Source: Trypanosoma brucei
Lineage: Eukaryota
Assembly (NCBI GenBank): GCA_000002445.1
Contig: CM000208.1
Coordinates: forward strand, 3,712,001-3,776,000
DNA length: 64,000 bases
Direction: 5' to 3'
Under the pieces are notes generated by a model, which did no database searches, was not told the DNA's origin, and worked only from the letters and a program-made list of their open reading frames with translations. Both the position numbers and the translations under genes were made by a program. Positions 33,723 through 44,210 of the stretch are shown piece by piece (within the stretch, counting starts at the first letter, position 1; each line of letters begins with the position of its first letter).

Positions 33723-36700
33723 ATGCTGACTGCACTGCATGTAACACTTCCACGTGGACAAGCACGCCACGACCAGAGATGCCCCAACAGGTGCATTGTG
33801 GCGAATGAAAACACAGGTGAAGTTTCCCTCATCCCAGTCGTGCACCCGTCAGAGCGGGAACCCCTTTCCAGAGGCCCTGTGGACGACACCGACGACGAGG
33901 GGGATGAGGTGCAGTTTTGTTTCGGCCACATTTCCATCAGCCCCCACCACAGTAGCATTTTCGCTAAGCAGCTGGCTCCACTCCTCCAGGAATTGTGGCG
34001 CTGTTTCCTCTGTTACCGGTGGGGGTGTGCAAACTCGGCAGCGAAGGAAAAAGATATCCGTAAGAGCCACTCAGGATGCCCCCGTAGCAGTAACCCCGCG
34101 CGAGTTTCAGAAAAAGGAAGACCGTGGTGCAGGGTTTGTTCAAACGAGCTTTACTCTTTGACACGCTCTGTGTTCGTCTACGGAAGTCAGTCGACCACGG
34201 ATCGCCGAAGTCTGTTCATTCATCTAGCAAAGGCTACCGGACAAGCCTTAGTGCAGTACGTTGATTTTGCCTCCCCTTTCTGTTGTGGTGATCGCTGTAG
34301 TGTTTCATTCTCGTTAGTTGATTTGCACCATCGATGGGGTGTGCGGGATGTACTGAATATCGACGATGTAAGGCAGGGGTATAGCGGCCCTCACCGCACG
34401 AGGCAGAGCCAAACGCAAGGAAGGTTGTGGGTACCGCCGAAGCGCGAGGGACTTAGTAACGGAGAAAACGTTTCGCAGCGCATACTTTGCGCTATTAAGC
34501 AGGCTGAGGCTCCACGGTCATTGTGCACCTTTGCGGAAAGGGAGGACCATACGTTACGAAGCACACTTGTGCTTACTTTCTTTATTTCCAGGCACTCACA
34601 TGGCGCGGTTGAATTAACCGCGGATGGAGCTACACTCTGGGGACATAAGCACTGCCATCGGGAGAGGCGCAGAGAAGGTTCTGTGGAGGAAGCACGGATC
34701 AACATCATCCTTCTCCCAGACAGTGTAGCGGCAGCTCGCGGTAGGCGTGATGCTGAAGAATCTCGTTCACTGGCACGGGTCCTCCAAGCATGTGGAAGTT
34801 GGCGTAAAAAGGTGGAGGAGGGGGAAGATCCTGCAAGCGCTGGGGCGGTACATGGCCGGGAACCAGGTCGTGTTGGGTCGGTATCCGGTGATCGGTTTGG
34901 TGGTGAGGTACAGCCCCCGCACTCAGAGGTGACCTCGGTGTCGTTGTGTGCTTCGCCGCTACTAAGTCATCTTTTCTATACCACTGCACATTACATTTGT
35001 CACGTGGGAAGGGGTCTCTATTCTTCGGACCTCCACAACCCGGAGGCGAAGAGGGTGGGGGCGGGCAATTGTGCTGGGTGCATCGGCGGTGCCGAACGGC
35101 ACTCACCAGGGGTATCTCCCCATTGTAGTAGTTGTAACCCGTCATTATTTGGGTCATGTGGCTCCAGCATTGCCGTTGACTGCGTTGACGCAAGTCTTGG
35201 GAAAAGCATTGTTGTGTGCTGTGTCAATTCGGGACTGGATCACCGCCCCCAAGTGCGTCAAGCTCTTTTCTTCGTTCATCGTGTGACAGCCGGTGGAAAG
35301 TCTCAGGGCGCCACTCCCTGCGAAAGAAACAGCTTTGAGAATTCTGGATCAATCAGTGAAGTCAGACAATATTTCCAGAAAAAAAAGGTGGAACGGGAAA
35401 ACGTTTTTTCTTGTGAACACGGCATGCGGCAAAGTCCGGAAAGACGGTCCGCTCCGATCCCTCAGCCTAATGATACCACGAAACCTGTGTGCACAGAGTT
35501 AGGAGAGCGTCCTACCGATTTCGCCGCGTCCCCCGGTGATGCGGGCGCTCCCAGTGATAGGATCTGCAGCAAGAGCAAACATTGCTGTGAGAATCACGTG
35601 GAGCTGGGTTCCCCCAGTAGTGAGCCTCCGCAGACAACCCACACCGCAACGGGAATGCATCGTCTCCACAAGCGCACAGTCTTTGGAGGGTATGATGGGT
35701 ATCAAACATATAACTTTCCCCATGTAAACCATGACCAAAGTGATAAGGACTGTTCTTCACATGGATTCTTATTCGATGTAGACAAGAACATGAGTGCACA
35801 CTCGAGAGTTGTGGAAGAAGCTGCATCAAAGGGAAACCAGCTCTCAGGTCTGAGCCGAGGGTGTACTCGGTTCTGCACGCCGGGCGACGCACACAGTCCC
35901 CTTACACCACACGCGAGACATATGCCCGGTGAATCCTCGACGTATAATTGCAGTGCAGCTCGCGCCGCGTTGCTTGGGGAAGGACATACGGAAGAGGAGG
36001 AAGAAAAAAAACGTCCCTGCGGTAACGTTGCTCAACTGCCGCGCTCGCAAGTGAGTGCCAGCGAGGGGCTGAACATCTCCGGTGGGCTGGTGGGGTGGGC
36101 GAAGGGATCTCACGAACACTGCAAGGGACCCGCGAGTGCAATGAAAAGGACCGACGAGTTGGCACACGCATATTGGGACCTCATTGAAGCGGAGGTGGAA
36201 ACCCATGATTCGATAGATCATTACGTTAGACACCATGTGGTCGCACCACCACGCACCTCTTCTTCACCTGAACCGCAACGGGAAGTGCCCTTATGGAAGG
36301 AAGGACGCGTGGAAGAAGACAGGAAGTCGCTCGGTATGCCAGAGACGCTGCTGCTGCGAAAAAAAAATGTTGATAAGTCGACGACAACAGCCGCCACATC
36401 GACAGAACAGCGTGTTGAGAAAATGATCAATAAACTGGAGGTGCAACTTCTCCTTTTAGGGTACCGGCTCTTCCTTTCTGGATTATCAGAAGATGCAGAT
36501 CCCGTATATGTTGCGGAAAGCCGTGATCTGACACGTGACGAGGGAAGTGCCCACGCCAGCAACCACACGGGCGTCCACCTTCCAAAACACATTTTTGACA
36601 CGCTAGCATCCAACCTAGCGCAGCAACCGGGAACCCTTGGCAAATCTGAGAGCTATCGTGTGGCTGGAAAGACCACATTTGAACAAAGCCTTTGTTGGAA

Positions 36701-37244
36701 GTGTCTTGCACATCGACACACTCGAAAAGACGATGCGTATAGAAGGTTTCTGGATGTGCTTCAGGCATTGTGCGGGCGTATCACCCGTGAAGGGTGGCTT
36801 GACCGTACATCTCCATTCGCGGAGGAAGAGCAGGAGGAGCGGATGGGTACTGGAGAACTATCAAGGAACTTGCCCTTCTCTGTTTCGTCTATGGAGCAGC
36901 GTGAATCATCGTTATTACTGCAGGCTAGCAAGCTTACAACGGCGCTGCATCAACGGCGGACCCACAAGCAGCAAGTGATACATGATGATGCATGTATGCA
37001 AATAGCAGAGTTGCAGGAGGAACTGAGGAGAGAACGAGAGCAGCGCCGAAAGCTGCAGGAAGAGCTCGCAGAACTTCGTTTTCGGACAAGCAAATATAAG
37101 GCCAAGCTCTCTTTCATTGACAGTACATTGAAGCCAATGGTCACCAATGGAATCAAGGAACTGGAGGCAATGATCAGTGAGCGAAAGAGGATGCGGAGGT
37201 CTTCACGGGAGGGAGGGCGGAGTGGTGACGGGATAGAACCGTAA
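33723..37244 (+). CDS. large hypothetical protein (1173 aa), low complexity, C-terminal coiled coil
   Basis: ATG 33723. A continuous 3.5-kb ORF is far beyond chance at this GC content. Cys/His-rich patches (HKHCHRERRRE, CCGDRC, CSKSKHCCENH). C-terminal coiled coil IAELQEELRREREQRRKLQEELAELRFR. No recognised domain; true start could be a downstream Met. Confidence 0.6.
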   Translation: MLTALHVTLPRGQARHDQRCPNRCIVANENTGEVSLIPVVHPSEREPLSRGPVDDTDDEGDEVQFCFGHISISPHHSSIFAKQLAPLLQELWRCFLCYRWGCANSAAKEKDIRKSHSGCPRSSNPARVSEKGRPWCRVCSNELYSLTRSVFVYGSQSTTDRRSLFIHLAKATGQALVQYVDFASPFCCGDRCSVSFSLVDLHHRWGVRDVLNIDDVRQGYSGPHRTRQSQTQGRLWVPPKREGLSNGENVSQRILCAIKQAEAPRSLCTFAEREDHTLRSTLVLTFFISRHSHGAVELTADGATLWGHKHCHRERRREGSVEEARINIILLPDSVAAARGRRDAEESRSLARVLQACGSWRKKVEEGEDPASAGAVHGREPGRVGSVSGDRFGGEVQPPHSEVTSVSLCASPLLSHLFYTTAHYICHVGRGLYSSDLHNPEAKRVGAGNCAGCIGGAERHSPGVSPHCSSCNPSLFGSCGSSIAVDCVDASLGKSIVVCCVNSGLDHRPQVRQALFFVHRVTAGGKSQGATPCERNSFENSGSISEVRQYFQKKKVERENVFSCEHGMRQSPERRSAPIPQPNDTTKPVCTELGERPTDFAASPGDAGAPSDRICSKSKHCCENHVELGSPSSEPPQTTHTATGMHRLHKRTVFGGYDGYQTYNFPHVNHDQSDKDCSSHGFLFDVDKNMSAHSRVVEEAASKGNQLSGLSRGCTRFCTPGDAHSPLTPHARHMPGESSTYNCSAARAALLGEGHTEEEEEKKRPCGNVAQLPRSQVSASEGLNISGGLVGWAKGSHEHCKGPASAMKRTDELAHAYWDLIEAEVETHDSIDHYVRHHVVAPPRTSSSPEPQREVPLWKEGRVEEDRKSLGMPETLLLRKKNVDKSTTTAATSTEQRVEKMINKLEVQLLLLGYRLFLSGLSEDADPVYVAESRDLTRDEGSAHASNHTGVHLPKHIFDTLASNLAQQPGTLGKSESYRVAGKTTFEQSLCWKCLAHRHTRKDDAYRRFLDVLQALCGRITREGWLDRTSPFAEEEQEERMGTGELSRNLPFSVSSMEQRESSLLLQASKLTTALHQRRTHKQQVIHDDACMQIAELQEELRREREQRRKLQEELAELRFRTSKYKAKLSFIDSTLKPMVTNGIKELEAMISERKRMRRSSREGGRSGDGIEP

Positions 37245-38076
37245 AGCATCCACCTTTTTCCCTTGTAGTTTGTTTGTATATATTTTGTCGTGCGTGAGCC
37301 ACACTCTATCATGTATTTCGGGAATTTCCCCAACCTTCACCTTTGATGTTGTACTGTAGTTGGCTGATCAGGAATACCTTTGCTTACCCTTACTTGGATG
37401 AATAATGACCTGTTTTCTTTTCTGTCGTTGAAATGACGCCATGTTTTCATTCCCCCTTCCTACACTCCCGATATCAGTTTGTGGGGGTGGGAGTGTTGTT
37501 TATTTGTACTTGTTTGTTTGCTGGTTTCACAGCTCTTCTAAACCAGTATCACCCTTTAAAGGCGGCGCGTGAGCATCCCTCTGGTTTTGTACGTTGGCAA
37601 TGCAAAGGTGATTGGAAAAGAATGTCAGTACACCGTGGGCTCCGTTCCTTCTTCCGTACGCATGCAAAAGGTAAGTATGTGCATGTGCGTGTGGCTGTGT
37701 GCGCATGTGGGTTCTTCATTGACGCCTCTTCTCGGCCAAACCGTGGGGATACTTATCAGCGGCTACATACCATCAAATTACATCTTCTTCTAATGTACCC
37801 TCACGTTCAGCCCCAGCCGCTTTTTTTTTCTGATTTTCCAAGCTGTCTACAGCACGCCCATTGATACGCGGGTGTAGACACCAGGGTTAAAACGTTAGCG
37901 CGCGTGCGTACACGCAACTATATTTTTGGTGTGCACCTTCGCATTCATATATACGTATAAATATATATAAGTACGTGGCACGCCGCACCTCAGATTTAAC
38001 GATCTACGTCAGCAGGATACGTTTGAAACATCACATACCACCTGCGGAGGGACGGTAACTCGCAAGTGTGTGTGAG

Positions 38077-39768
38077 ATGAATGGAAGGTATGCTCGGCAG
38101 TCGGGGTGTTTTCGTGGTAAACGTCCACGTGAAATCACAACGCAGAAGCTTTTCAACCGTGCCATCGAGCATTTTCAGTCGATTTATAATGACTCTGTGG
38201 AACGCCACGAACGCGAGACCTTCGCTTCCCGTGCAGTATTTGAAAAGCAATGTGGTGTGGACCGCGAGCACTTTAACAGGGCGCATGGAAGTTTGGCGAA
38301 ACATGGCAAGGGGAAAGACTTCGCACTCGTTTTAGAGCAGTTTGAAAACGAGGAAGCGAAATTGCAGAGGGAGCACGAAGAAGAACTTCAGCGGGTGTAT
38401 CCCCTTGCCTTTTTGGAGCTTGACACAGCCGCTGTCCTTTCCCTGACACTGATTCCTAGGCTAAAGAGCAAACTCGACTTACTGGAGAGGCAGCTCACTC
38501 AGCGGCGCAAATTCACCAATCAACATCAAGGCGATGCCGCGGCGAGAGGAAGTCACTCTCGAGATGTTGACCCTCCTGTGGACGCAAAGGAGTCGGACGA
38601 CAAAAACGGTGCGGATGGCGTCCCGTCTGAACTGAATGATGCGAAGACTGGAATCGAAGAGGATGATGTCGGAACCTTGTGTGTTGGAAGAGGCGCGTAC
38701 ATTACGGGTGATGAGCCCAGTGAAGTGGAAGAGTCAGATTCTAGCGCGTTGGTTCAGGTTTTAGATACTAGCGTTGAAGATGGGAAGGTAGGCACTGGTA
38801 CTGGAGGGGGGTTTCGTAATCATGTGCACCGATTGGTCTCAAGAGGATTGGGTAACATTTTGTCCATCCCAACAGACGTCATGCGAGCTGGCGCTGCCGA
38901 TTTTGCCCGTATTGGCTTACTCCTCAACACTGAGAGCCGCAGGCAACGGCGCGATGAAAGGAGGAAATTTCTTCGCAGCCACATGGAAGTTTGTGGTCCC
39001 GAGGGGAAGACCATCGGGAAATGGGAGCTGAAGCGCCTCCTCCAGGAAGGAAAAGAAGATAAATTGAAGCAGGAAGAAATTTTTGCAGCGCTGGAGGCGG
39101 CGAAAACTATGCCGGAATTTACCGGAAGTGATATGAATGCCAATATAGTTGAAAGCATGGAGAACGATGGGGCTCCACGTAAAACTGCTGGTGCTTCAAC
39201 TGCATCACGCGAAACAGGGGACACAACCGCGTCGGAAACGGTTGTAAAGCGCCATACCAAAATCGTCCTTCGGGGAAACGGTTCACGACGGGACGATGGT
39301 GTTCCATTTACCAGAAAGGACTTTGAATGGACTAGTCTGGGCCTTGACGACGAGAGTATAGGTGAGGGCTCTCGTATGGAGAAGTTGGCGGAGTCGTACA
39401 TGTGGCCGAAGCGAACTGAGGACCGTATTCCTCACATTTTGTGTGGTGAGGTCATACCCACGTATTTTCGTGTGAGGCAGTATCAATTAGACACTTCTTC
39501 ACCCACCACCGCGACCGTGCAAATGAGTGCCACCGGAGAGGATGGCTGTCCCTCTACTCTGTTGGATGATCTCGCAGAGGCGACCCAACTTGATCCAGTG
39601 CGAGAAGGGATGTCTAATGGAGAGAAAGGAGTAGTTACAAAAAAGTCCCCGTTAGTGTTTCGAATTCCGTTTCGCGCGAAAAGTGTTTGGCTGAAGGTAG
39701 ACACCTTGGGAGACTTTATTGCCAGCCAGGTGAAGTTCTTCGGGGCCGTAACTTCTCGTGAAATATAG
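38077..39768 (+). CDS. hypothetical protein (acidic, coiled-coil segments)
   Basis: ORF track starts at GTG 38068; first ATG is 38077 (MNGRYARQ). 564 aa, E/K/R-rich. No family recognised. Confidence 0.6.
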   Translation: MNGRYARQSGCFRGKRPREITTQKLFNRAIEHFQSIYNDSVERHERETFASRAVFEKQCGVDREHFNRAHGSLAKHGKGKDFALVLEQFENEEAKLQREHEEELQRVYPLAFLELDTAAVLSLTLIPRLKSKLDLLERQLTQRRKFTNQHQGDAAARGSHSRDVDPPVDAKESDDKNGADGVPSELNDAKTGIEEDDVGTLCVGRGAYITGDEPSEVEESDSSALVQVLDTSVEDGKVGTGTGGGFRNHVHRLVSRGLGNILSIPTDVMRAGAADFARIGLLLNTESRRQRRDERRKFLRSHMEVCGPEGKTIGKWELKRLLQEGKEDKLKQEEIFAALEAAKTMPEFTGSDMNANIVESMENDGAPRKTAGASTASRETGDTTASETVVKRHTKIVLRGNGSRRDDGVPFTRKDFEWTSLGLDDESIGEGSRMEKLAESYMWPKRTEDRIPHILCGEVIPTYFRVRQYQLDTSSPTTATVQMSATGEDGCPSTLLDDLAEATQLDPVREGMSNGEKGVVTKKSPLVFRIPFRAKSVWLKVDTLGDFIASQVKFFGAVTSREI

Positions 39769-40379
39769 ATTTTTGATCCCCATAGGTATTTGTTATACTT
39801 TCTACTCCCTCCTCCCTTTCCAGTGCATTCCTTGCTTGTTCCTGGACTCATTTCGTCTTTGAGCCTTTGTCTCATATCGTGTAATACATTTTGAAGTAAC
39901 TTCCACCGCGTGAAAGAGGTGAGGAGGATATGGGGCGCAGCAAACAGGAGGGGAAAGGGGGGAATGACAGCAGTAAAAGTGTCTTGATATACAAATTTGC
40001 ATAGATGCCCCTCCCATTGTGTGGAGCGGTGCGGCATACACGCACAAGTAGTCACGGATCATCCTGATTACTGGAGTTCTTGCACCACAGGCACTTAATG
40101 TGATCTCTCCCCTCTACTTCCTCCCTGCGCAACTCCCACTGTAAGCATCTTCTAGGAAAGAACAAAAAGTAGATAGGGGCACTTTTCTGACTTTCTTTGG
40201 AAATCTTGTTTTAGCTGTGGTAGTTCCCCTGTGGTCCTTGTGTCGTCTGTCTACTACCGGTAATATTTTTACGATTTTAGGTCTATTTTTGGCTCTCCAT
40301 TGCGGGTTGTGGGGGCTTAAAGCGAGGTCAACAAACCTTTAGATAAGTAGACAAGGGAGCGATAATTACCACAATAGAC

Positions 40380-40772
40380 ATGGCGGGCACCACCGCTATA
40401 GTAAAGGACTCGGCAATGTCTCGAGAATTGCAGCAAGACTGCATTGACTGTGCCGCGCATGCACTACACGTCATGGGGCTGAATGAGCAGACCGCGATGG
40501 CACAGTTCATCACGCGCGAACTCAATAGCAAATACGGATCACGTTTCCACTGTGTTGTAGGACGCTCCTTCGGTTCATATGTTGGTCATGACAGCCAGTA
40601 CTTCATCTACTTCCTGATCGGTGATTGTGCGTTTCTGATCTGGCGCACCGTAGATACCTTCGAAGAGCGTGTGTTTTATGCAGCGGTGGACGACATAGCC
40701 GTCGGAAACAAATATTATAGTTGCGAAAAAAACACCTGTGTTGATGAGAAGCTGGGACAAACGTCAATGTAA
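40380..40772 (+). CDS. dynein light chain LC8 family with about 40-aa C-terminal extension
   Basis: ATG 40380. MAGTTAIVKDSAMSRELQQDCIDCAAHAL...ELNSKYGSRFHCVVGRSFGSYVGHDSQYFIYFLIGDCAFLIW aligns along the whole length with DYNLL1 ([20 protein letters not shown]...[34 protein letters not shown]). An extra tail follows the conserved end. Confidence 0.8.
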   Translation: MAGTTAIVKDSAMSRELQQDCIDCAAHALHVMGLNEQTAMAQFITRELNSKYGSRFHCVVGRSFGSYVGHDSQYFIYFLIGDCAFLIWRTVDTFEERVFYAAVDDIAVGNKYYSCEKNTCVDEKLGQTSM

Positions 40773-41067
40773 AAAACTTCCAAGTACAGCAACCACCAGC
40801 GTAACACCCCTACAAATGAAATCGGTCGGCTGTGCAATGTCATTTGTTTGTTCTCTTGCCCTTGCATTCACGGAGCTACTTATATGATGCACTAGATCCC
40901 TGCTTGGCACTTGCTATTCAACTCCTCCCCTAAAAAAGACACCTGGTCGTGAACGTGTCAACATAATCCCCATCATCACAATGAATTCACTTGTTTGACA
41001 TATTCAAGTCCAAAGGAAGTGGGTGAAATAGACGGAGGGTTTGAATTCTTCTATCAATCAAACGACT

Positions 41068-41658
41068 ATGTATGGTGTTGAGTGTTTTCGGCCACTTGGC
41101 CTCGCCGCCTTTATGTTGGCAGTCCTTTCGGTCGTGCGGGTCGCAACATCAGAAGATGACCCAAACAAACTGACGCCGCAGGAGCGCATAGATAGATACC
41201 GCAAACGAGTTGCGCGGTCGTTCCTCCTTAAGATGGCTGAAGAACCCGGTGCCATGACGCTCCCCTCAGGCGTCGTTGTTCACGTGCTCAACCGCGGCGG
41301 TGGTGGACGGTCGGCTGCTGTTGATGATGAATGCACCGTTCACTACACAGGAACACTGAAGGATGGAACTGTGTTTGACAGCTCACGAGATCGCGGACAG
41401 CCCTTCAAACTTAAGCTGGGCCAAGTGATTGTTGGTTGGCAGGAGGTCCTCCAACTGATGCGACCCGGCGACCGCTGGAAAGTTTTCATCCCACCTGAAC
41501 ACGGCTACGGTGCGAGAGGTGCAGGCCCAAAGATCCCACCCCACTCCGCACTGGTGTTTGACATGGAGTTGATTTCCATTGAAGGCGGCGGCAACGGTCG
41601 CACTGAAAAGGAGGTGGAGGAAGTTCTCAAGGGTTACGCGGGGAAGGGAGACTTGTAA
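41068..41658 (+). CDS. FKBP-type peptidyl-prolyl cis-trans isomerase with N-terminal signal peptide (secretory/ER or MIP-like)
   Basis: ORF track starts at TTG 41041; first ATG is 41068. Hydrophobic signal-like N-terminus LGLAAFMLAVLSVVRVA, then a canonical FKBP domain VHYTGTLKDGTVFDSSRDRGQPFKLKLGQVIVGWQEVLQLMRPGDRWKVFIPPEHGYGARGAGPKIPPHSALVFDMELISIE. Confidence 0.85.
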   Translation: MYGVECFRPLGLAAFMLAVLSVVRVATSEDDPNKLTPQERIDRYRKRVARSFLLKMAEEPGAMTLPSGVVVHVLNRGGGGRSAAVDDECTVHYTGTLKDGTVFDSSRDRGQPFKLKLGQVIVGWQEVLQLMRPGDRWKVFIPPEHGYGARGAGPKIPPHSALVFDMELISIEGGGNGRTEKEVEEVLKGYAGKGDL

Positions 41659-42232
41659 TTGGTTGATTATTGAGAGGAAGGGGGAAGGTAAAAGAATTTG
41701 CCGTGTATGATACTGTGCGAGGGTGCATAAACGCGCTTGCTGGTAGTGTTCACCGGGGGATCAGAGTTGTTAGGGAGTTAATGTGTGTTAATAGTGTTTG
41801 TTCCCGTTGGAAGAATTTTCACATATGTATGGGGGAAAGGGAGCAAAATCAAGGCGGCACCGCCCGGGAGGCATCATCTCTACTGCTGTTTTTTGCATAT
41901 CTATTGTGTTTGCCACCCTCCTACTCCTGTAAAGTAGGGGGTTGTATTCTACCGATGTTAAAGCAGAGACAACGACAGAAAATGGCAAGGGCAATAACAA
42001 CCAAAACAACCGTGATCATCCAAGTTGCAGGTACCAATAATGGAGACGATACCAAGTGCCTATCTTATCTCTTGTCACCAAATGAAAAAGTTTCTAAGGA
42101 GAGAAAAAAGCGCGTCATACTCTTTACGAATCATTCCATCACTTTTTTGTTTGTGCGCTTACTTTCAGCATCCTTCCCCTCTCACTGCTTTTTTTTTTTT
42201 TGGACGGGTTGTTTGTAAGGGTGTAGGTTGCA

Positions 42233-43234
42233 ATGAACAATGGCGATAATTCCTCCGTAGGAAGCATCAGCGCTCCACCGCGGCAGAGACACAAGTTTGG
42301 CACCCGCACAGCTGAAGGTATCGCAGCACCCGTAGCGGCGGGGGGGATAATAACACGTGGAGGGAATTTTCAGAAGCCAACTCCCTCAAGTGACGACTCC
42401 GCGGCCTCAACAGAAGATTTATCTCTGCTCTTGTGGTGTAGCGTCGGGGTTTTCTTGTTGCTGTACGTGATCAGTGGGCGGTTTCACAACCTCTATATAA
42501 CTCCGGAGGATAATGATAAGGCGGAACAAAATTTCCTCCAATATTTGTCTGAGCGTTGGTCTCGCGAAGGTGATGCAATCATCACAAAGGCGTCAAATGA
42601 TGCCAGTTTTACGCAGCACGGTGATGGACGTATTTATTTCCGCGTAATGAATCAAACCTTTCCTATTAAGGAGTCCACGCCGCCACGCGTTGTGTCAAAA
42701 GTATCTCTTCCGGAAGTAAGCAGTGACAACCGGTGGCGCGGTGATTTGAAAAATGCCACAAGTGAGGCAGCCATGGAGTGGCGTAACCTGACTCAGACGA
42801 TGCAATGCGCTGGAATCGATGGGCCACTCATTTTTCACCTTGTCGCGTTTCTTTCGAGTGGCGTGCGCTTTGTGAGTACATATGTTCCACCAGGGAAGCC
42901 TGAGATACGGTCAGTGGGAGCCCACATTCCATGTCTGAATGCCATTCTGCCATTGATGTGCAAAGGTGACAAATGGGAAATTATCTGCCCTCCTGAGATG
43001 GCATTCGGATCCCACGGATTTCAGGAGGTGCCCCCATCTGCGACAACAATCTGGCAGGTTTTCATGTTGGATGTGACTAAAAGCGGGCCACGCACGCGGG
43101 CACACGTGCAAAAGCTCCTCGCGGCAGCGACACGACGTCATTCCGGCGAGGCGCCGATTACTCGAAGGGAATTGTACGAAAGGGCAATGCGAGCCCGTGG
43201 GAAACTGTTGGGTAACGGTGAAGGCACACTGTAA
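42233..43234 (+). CDS. divergent FKBP-like protein with N-terminal TM segment (degenerate PPIase domain)
   Basis: ATG 42233. TM helix LLLWCSVGVFLLLYVI. C-terminal block LPLMCKGDKWEIICPPEMAFGSHGFQEVPPSATTIWQVFMLDV parallels the upstream FKBP's LQLMRPGDRWKVFIPPEHGYGARGAGPKIPPHSALVFDMELISI. The N-terminal half of the FKBP fold (VHYTG..DG..FDSS) is not recognisable. Confidence 0.6.
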   Translation: MNNGDNSSVGSISAPPRQRHKFGTRTAEGIAAPVAAGGIITRGGNFQKPTPSSDDSAASTEDLSLLLWCSVGVFLLLYVISGRFHNLYITPEDNDKAEQNFLQYLSERWSREGDAIITKASNDASFTQHGDGRIYFRVMNQTFPIKESTPPRVVSKVSLPEVSSDNRWRGDLKNATSEAAMEWRNLTQTMQCAGIDGPLIFHLVAFLSSGVRFVSTYVPPGKPEIRSVGAHIPCLNAILPLMCKGDKWEIICPPEMAFGSHGFQEVPPSATTIWQVFMLDVTKSGPRTRAHVQKLLAAATRRHSGEAPITRRELYERAMRARGKLLGNGEGTL

Positions 43235-43571
43235 GGGATGACATTATGATGTGTGCAAATACGCATCGCGGGGAGGGGCGCCACCTTGTGGTGGCGTGTA
43301 GTGAAGAGAAAAGAAATACAAATGGGAGGAGAGAAACGAAATAGTCCATGCAATATATAAGAAAAGAATATTTACGGGGGTGGATACCTTGTTGTGAAGC
43401 CCCATGTGCATTGATGCCCGCGTGTCTGTTGTACAGCACCGCTATTGGCTCGGCTGTAGTGGTCACCATTGTTTGGCTCTGTTTTTACTTCCCATCAACA
43501 CCCCTGTGGCAACTACAGAAAGGGGAGGGAGTAGGGCGTTTTAGTGAATTCATAGTTCTCTTTTTTAATAC

Positions 43572-43572
<1 letters not shown>

Positions 43573-43614
<42 letters not shown>
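43573..43614 (+). repeat. compound microsatellite (AT)11(GT)10
   Basis: atatatatatatatatatatatgtgtgtgtgtgtgtgtgtgt. Confidence 0.9.
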
Positions 43615-43615
<1 letters not shown>

Positions 43616-43660
43616 AGTTGTTGGTTTTCTTCCCGCTTCCACAATGACACGAGTATATTT

Positions 43661-43680
43661 TGGTGGTGGTGGTGGTGGTG
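43661..43680 (+). repeat. (TGG)6 trinucleotide repeat, G-rich
   Basis: tggtggtggtggtggtggtg. Confidence 0.85.
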
Positions 43681-43970
43681 TTTTTAACCCCCTGTGGGGG
43701 AGCTCTGAAAAGAAGTTAAAGAACCTCTTTCCGACGAGTGAAAGGAAAAAGGAAACGAGGGTCAACAGTACTCCTTTGATCTGGGAGTGAAGGGAAATTC
43801 ACCGACCTTGAGCTGTTTTTTGTTTTACTATTTTGTTTATTTGTTTCCATTCAGTTGTTTTCGTTATCATTATTGCTGTCACATCGTTGTTCATAACCAA
43901 TGTTTCAATGTCTTACTTCCTCATCCGATCCCAAAGTTGGTTTAGGAATGCTCCGAACAAAAAAAAAACA

Positions 43971-43972
<2 letters not shown>

Positions 43973-44012
<40 letters not shown>
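43973..44012 (+). repeat. (TG)20 microsatellite
   Basis: 40 nt of perfect TG dinucleotide repeat. Confidence 0.9.
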
Positions 44013-44017
<5 letters not shown>

Positions 44018-44210
44018 GACAAGACCATAGTTACCACCTTTTTTTTTTTGCGCCTTCACTGCGCGTAATATCCATTGTGTGTTGGTTTATTAGTTGATTC
44101 ACTAATGCAGATCATTATTTGGTGTTAGTGTCCTTTCTATCGAATATTTTACTCACTTTCCATTCCGTTGAATGGTGGTGATATTTCAGAACGACAGAGC
44201 AAAAATGTCT

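Noticed and set aside
33754-34161. 135-aa alternate-frame + strand ORF nested inside the 1173-aa ORF
   Set aside because: It is wholly contained in a far longer ORF in another frame. Overlapping genes are not a feature of kinetoplastid nuclear genomes.
39483-40055. 190-aa minus-strand ORF spanning the 3' end of the gene at 38077-39768 and the following spacer
   Set aside because: It is antisense within a strictly + strand polycistron. It overlaps the 3' end of a much longer sense ORF and has no domain similarity. This is a typical chance ORF.
43973-44012. Regular short repeats considered as a possible CRISPR array or other prokaryotic defence locus
   Set aside because: These are dinucleotide and trinucleotide microsatellites with no spacer/repeat architecture. 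The window is eukaryotic (kinetoplastid), and no cas, RM, TA or other prokaryotic defence gene families are present.
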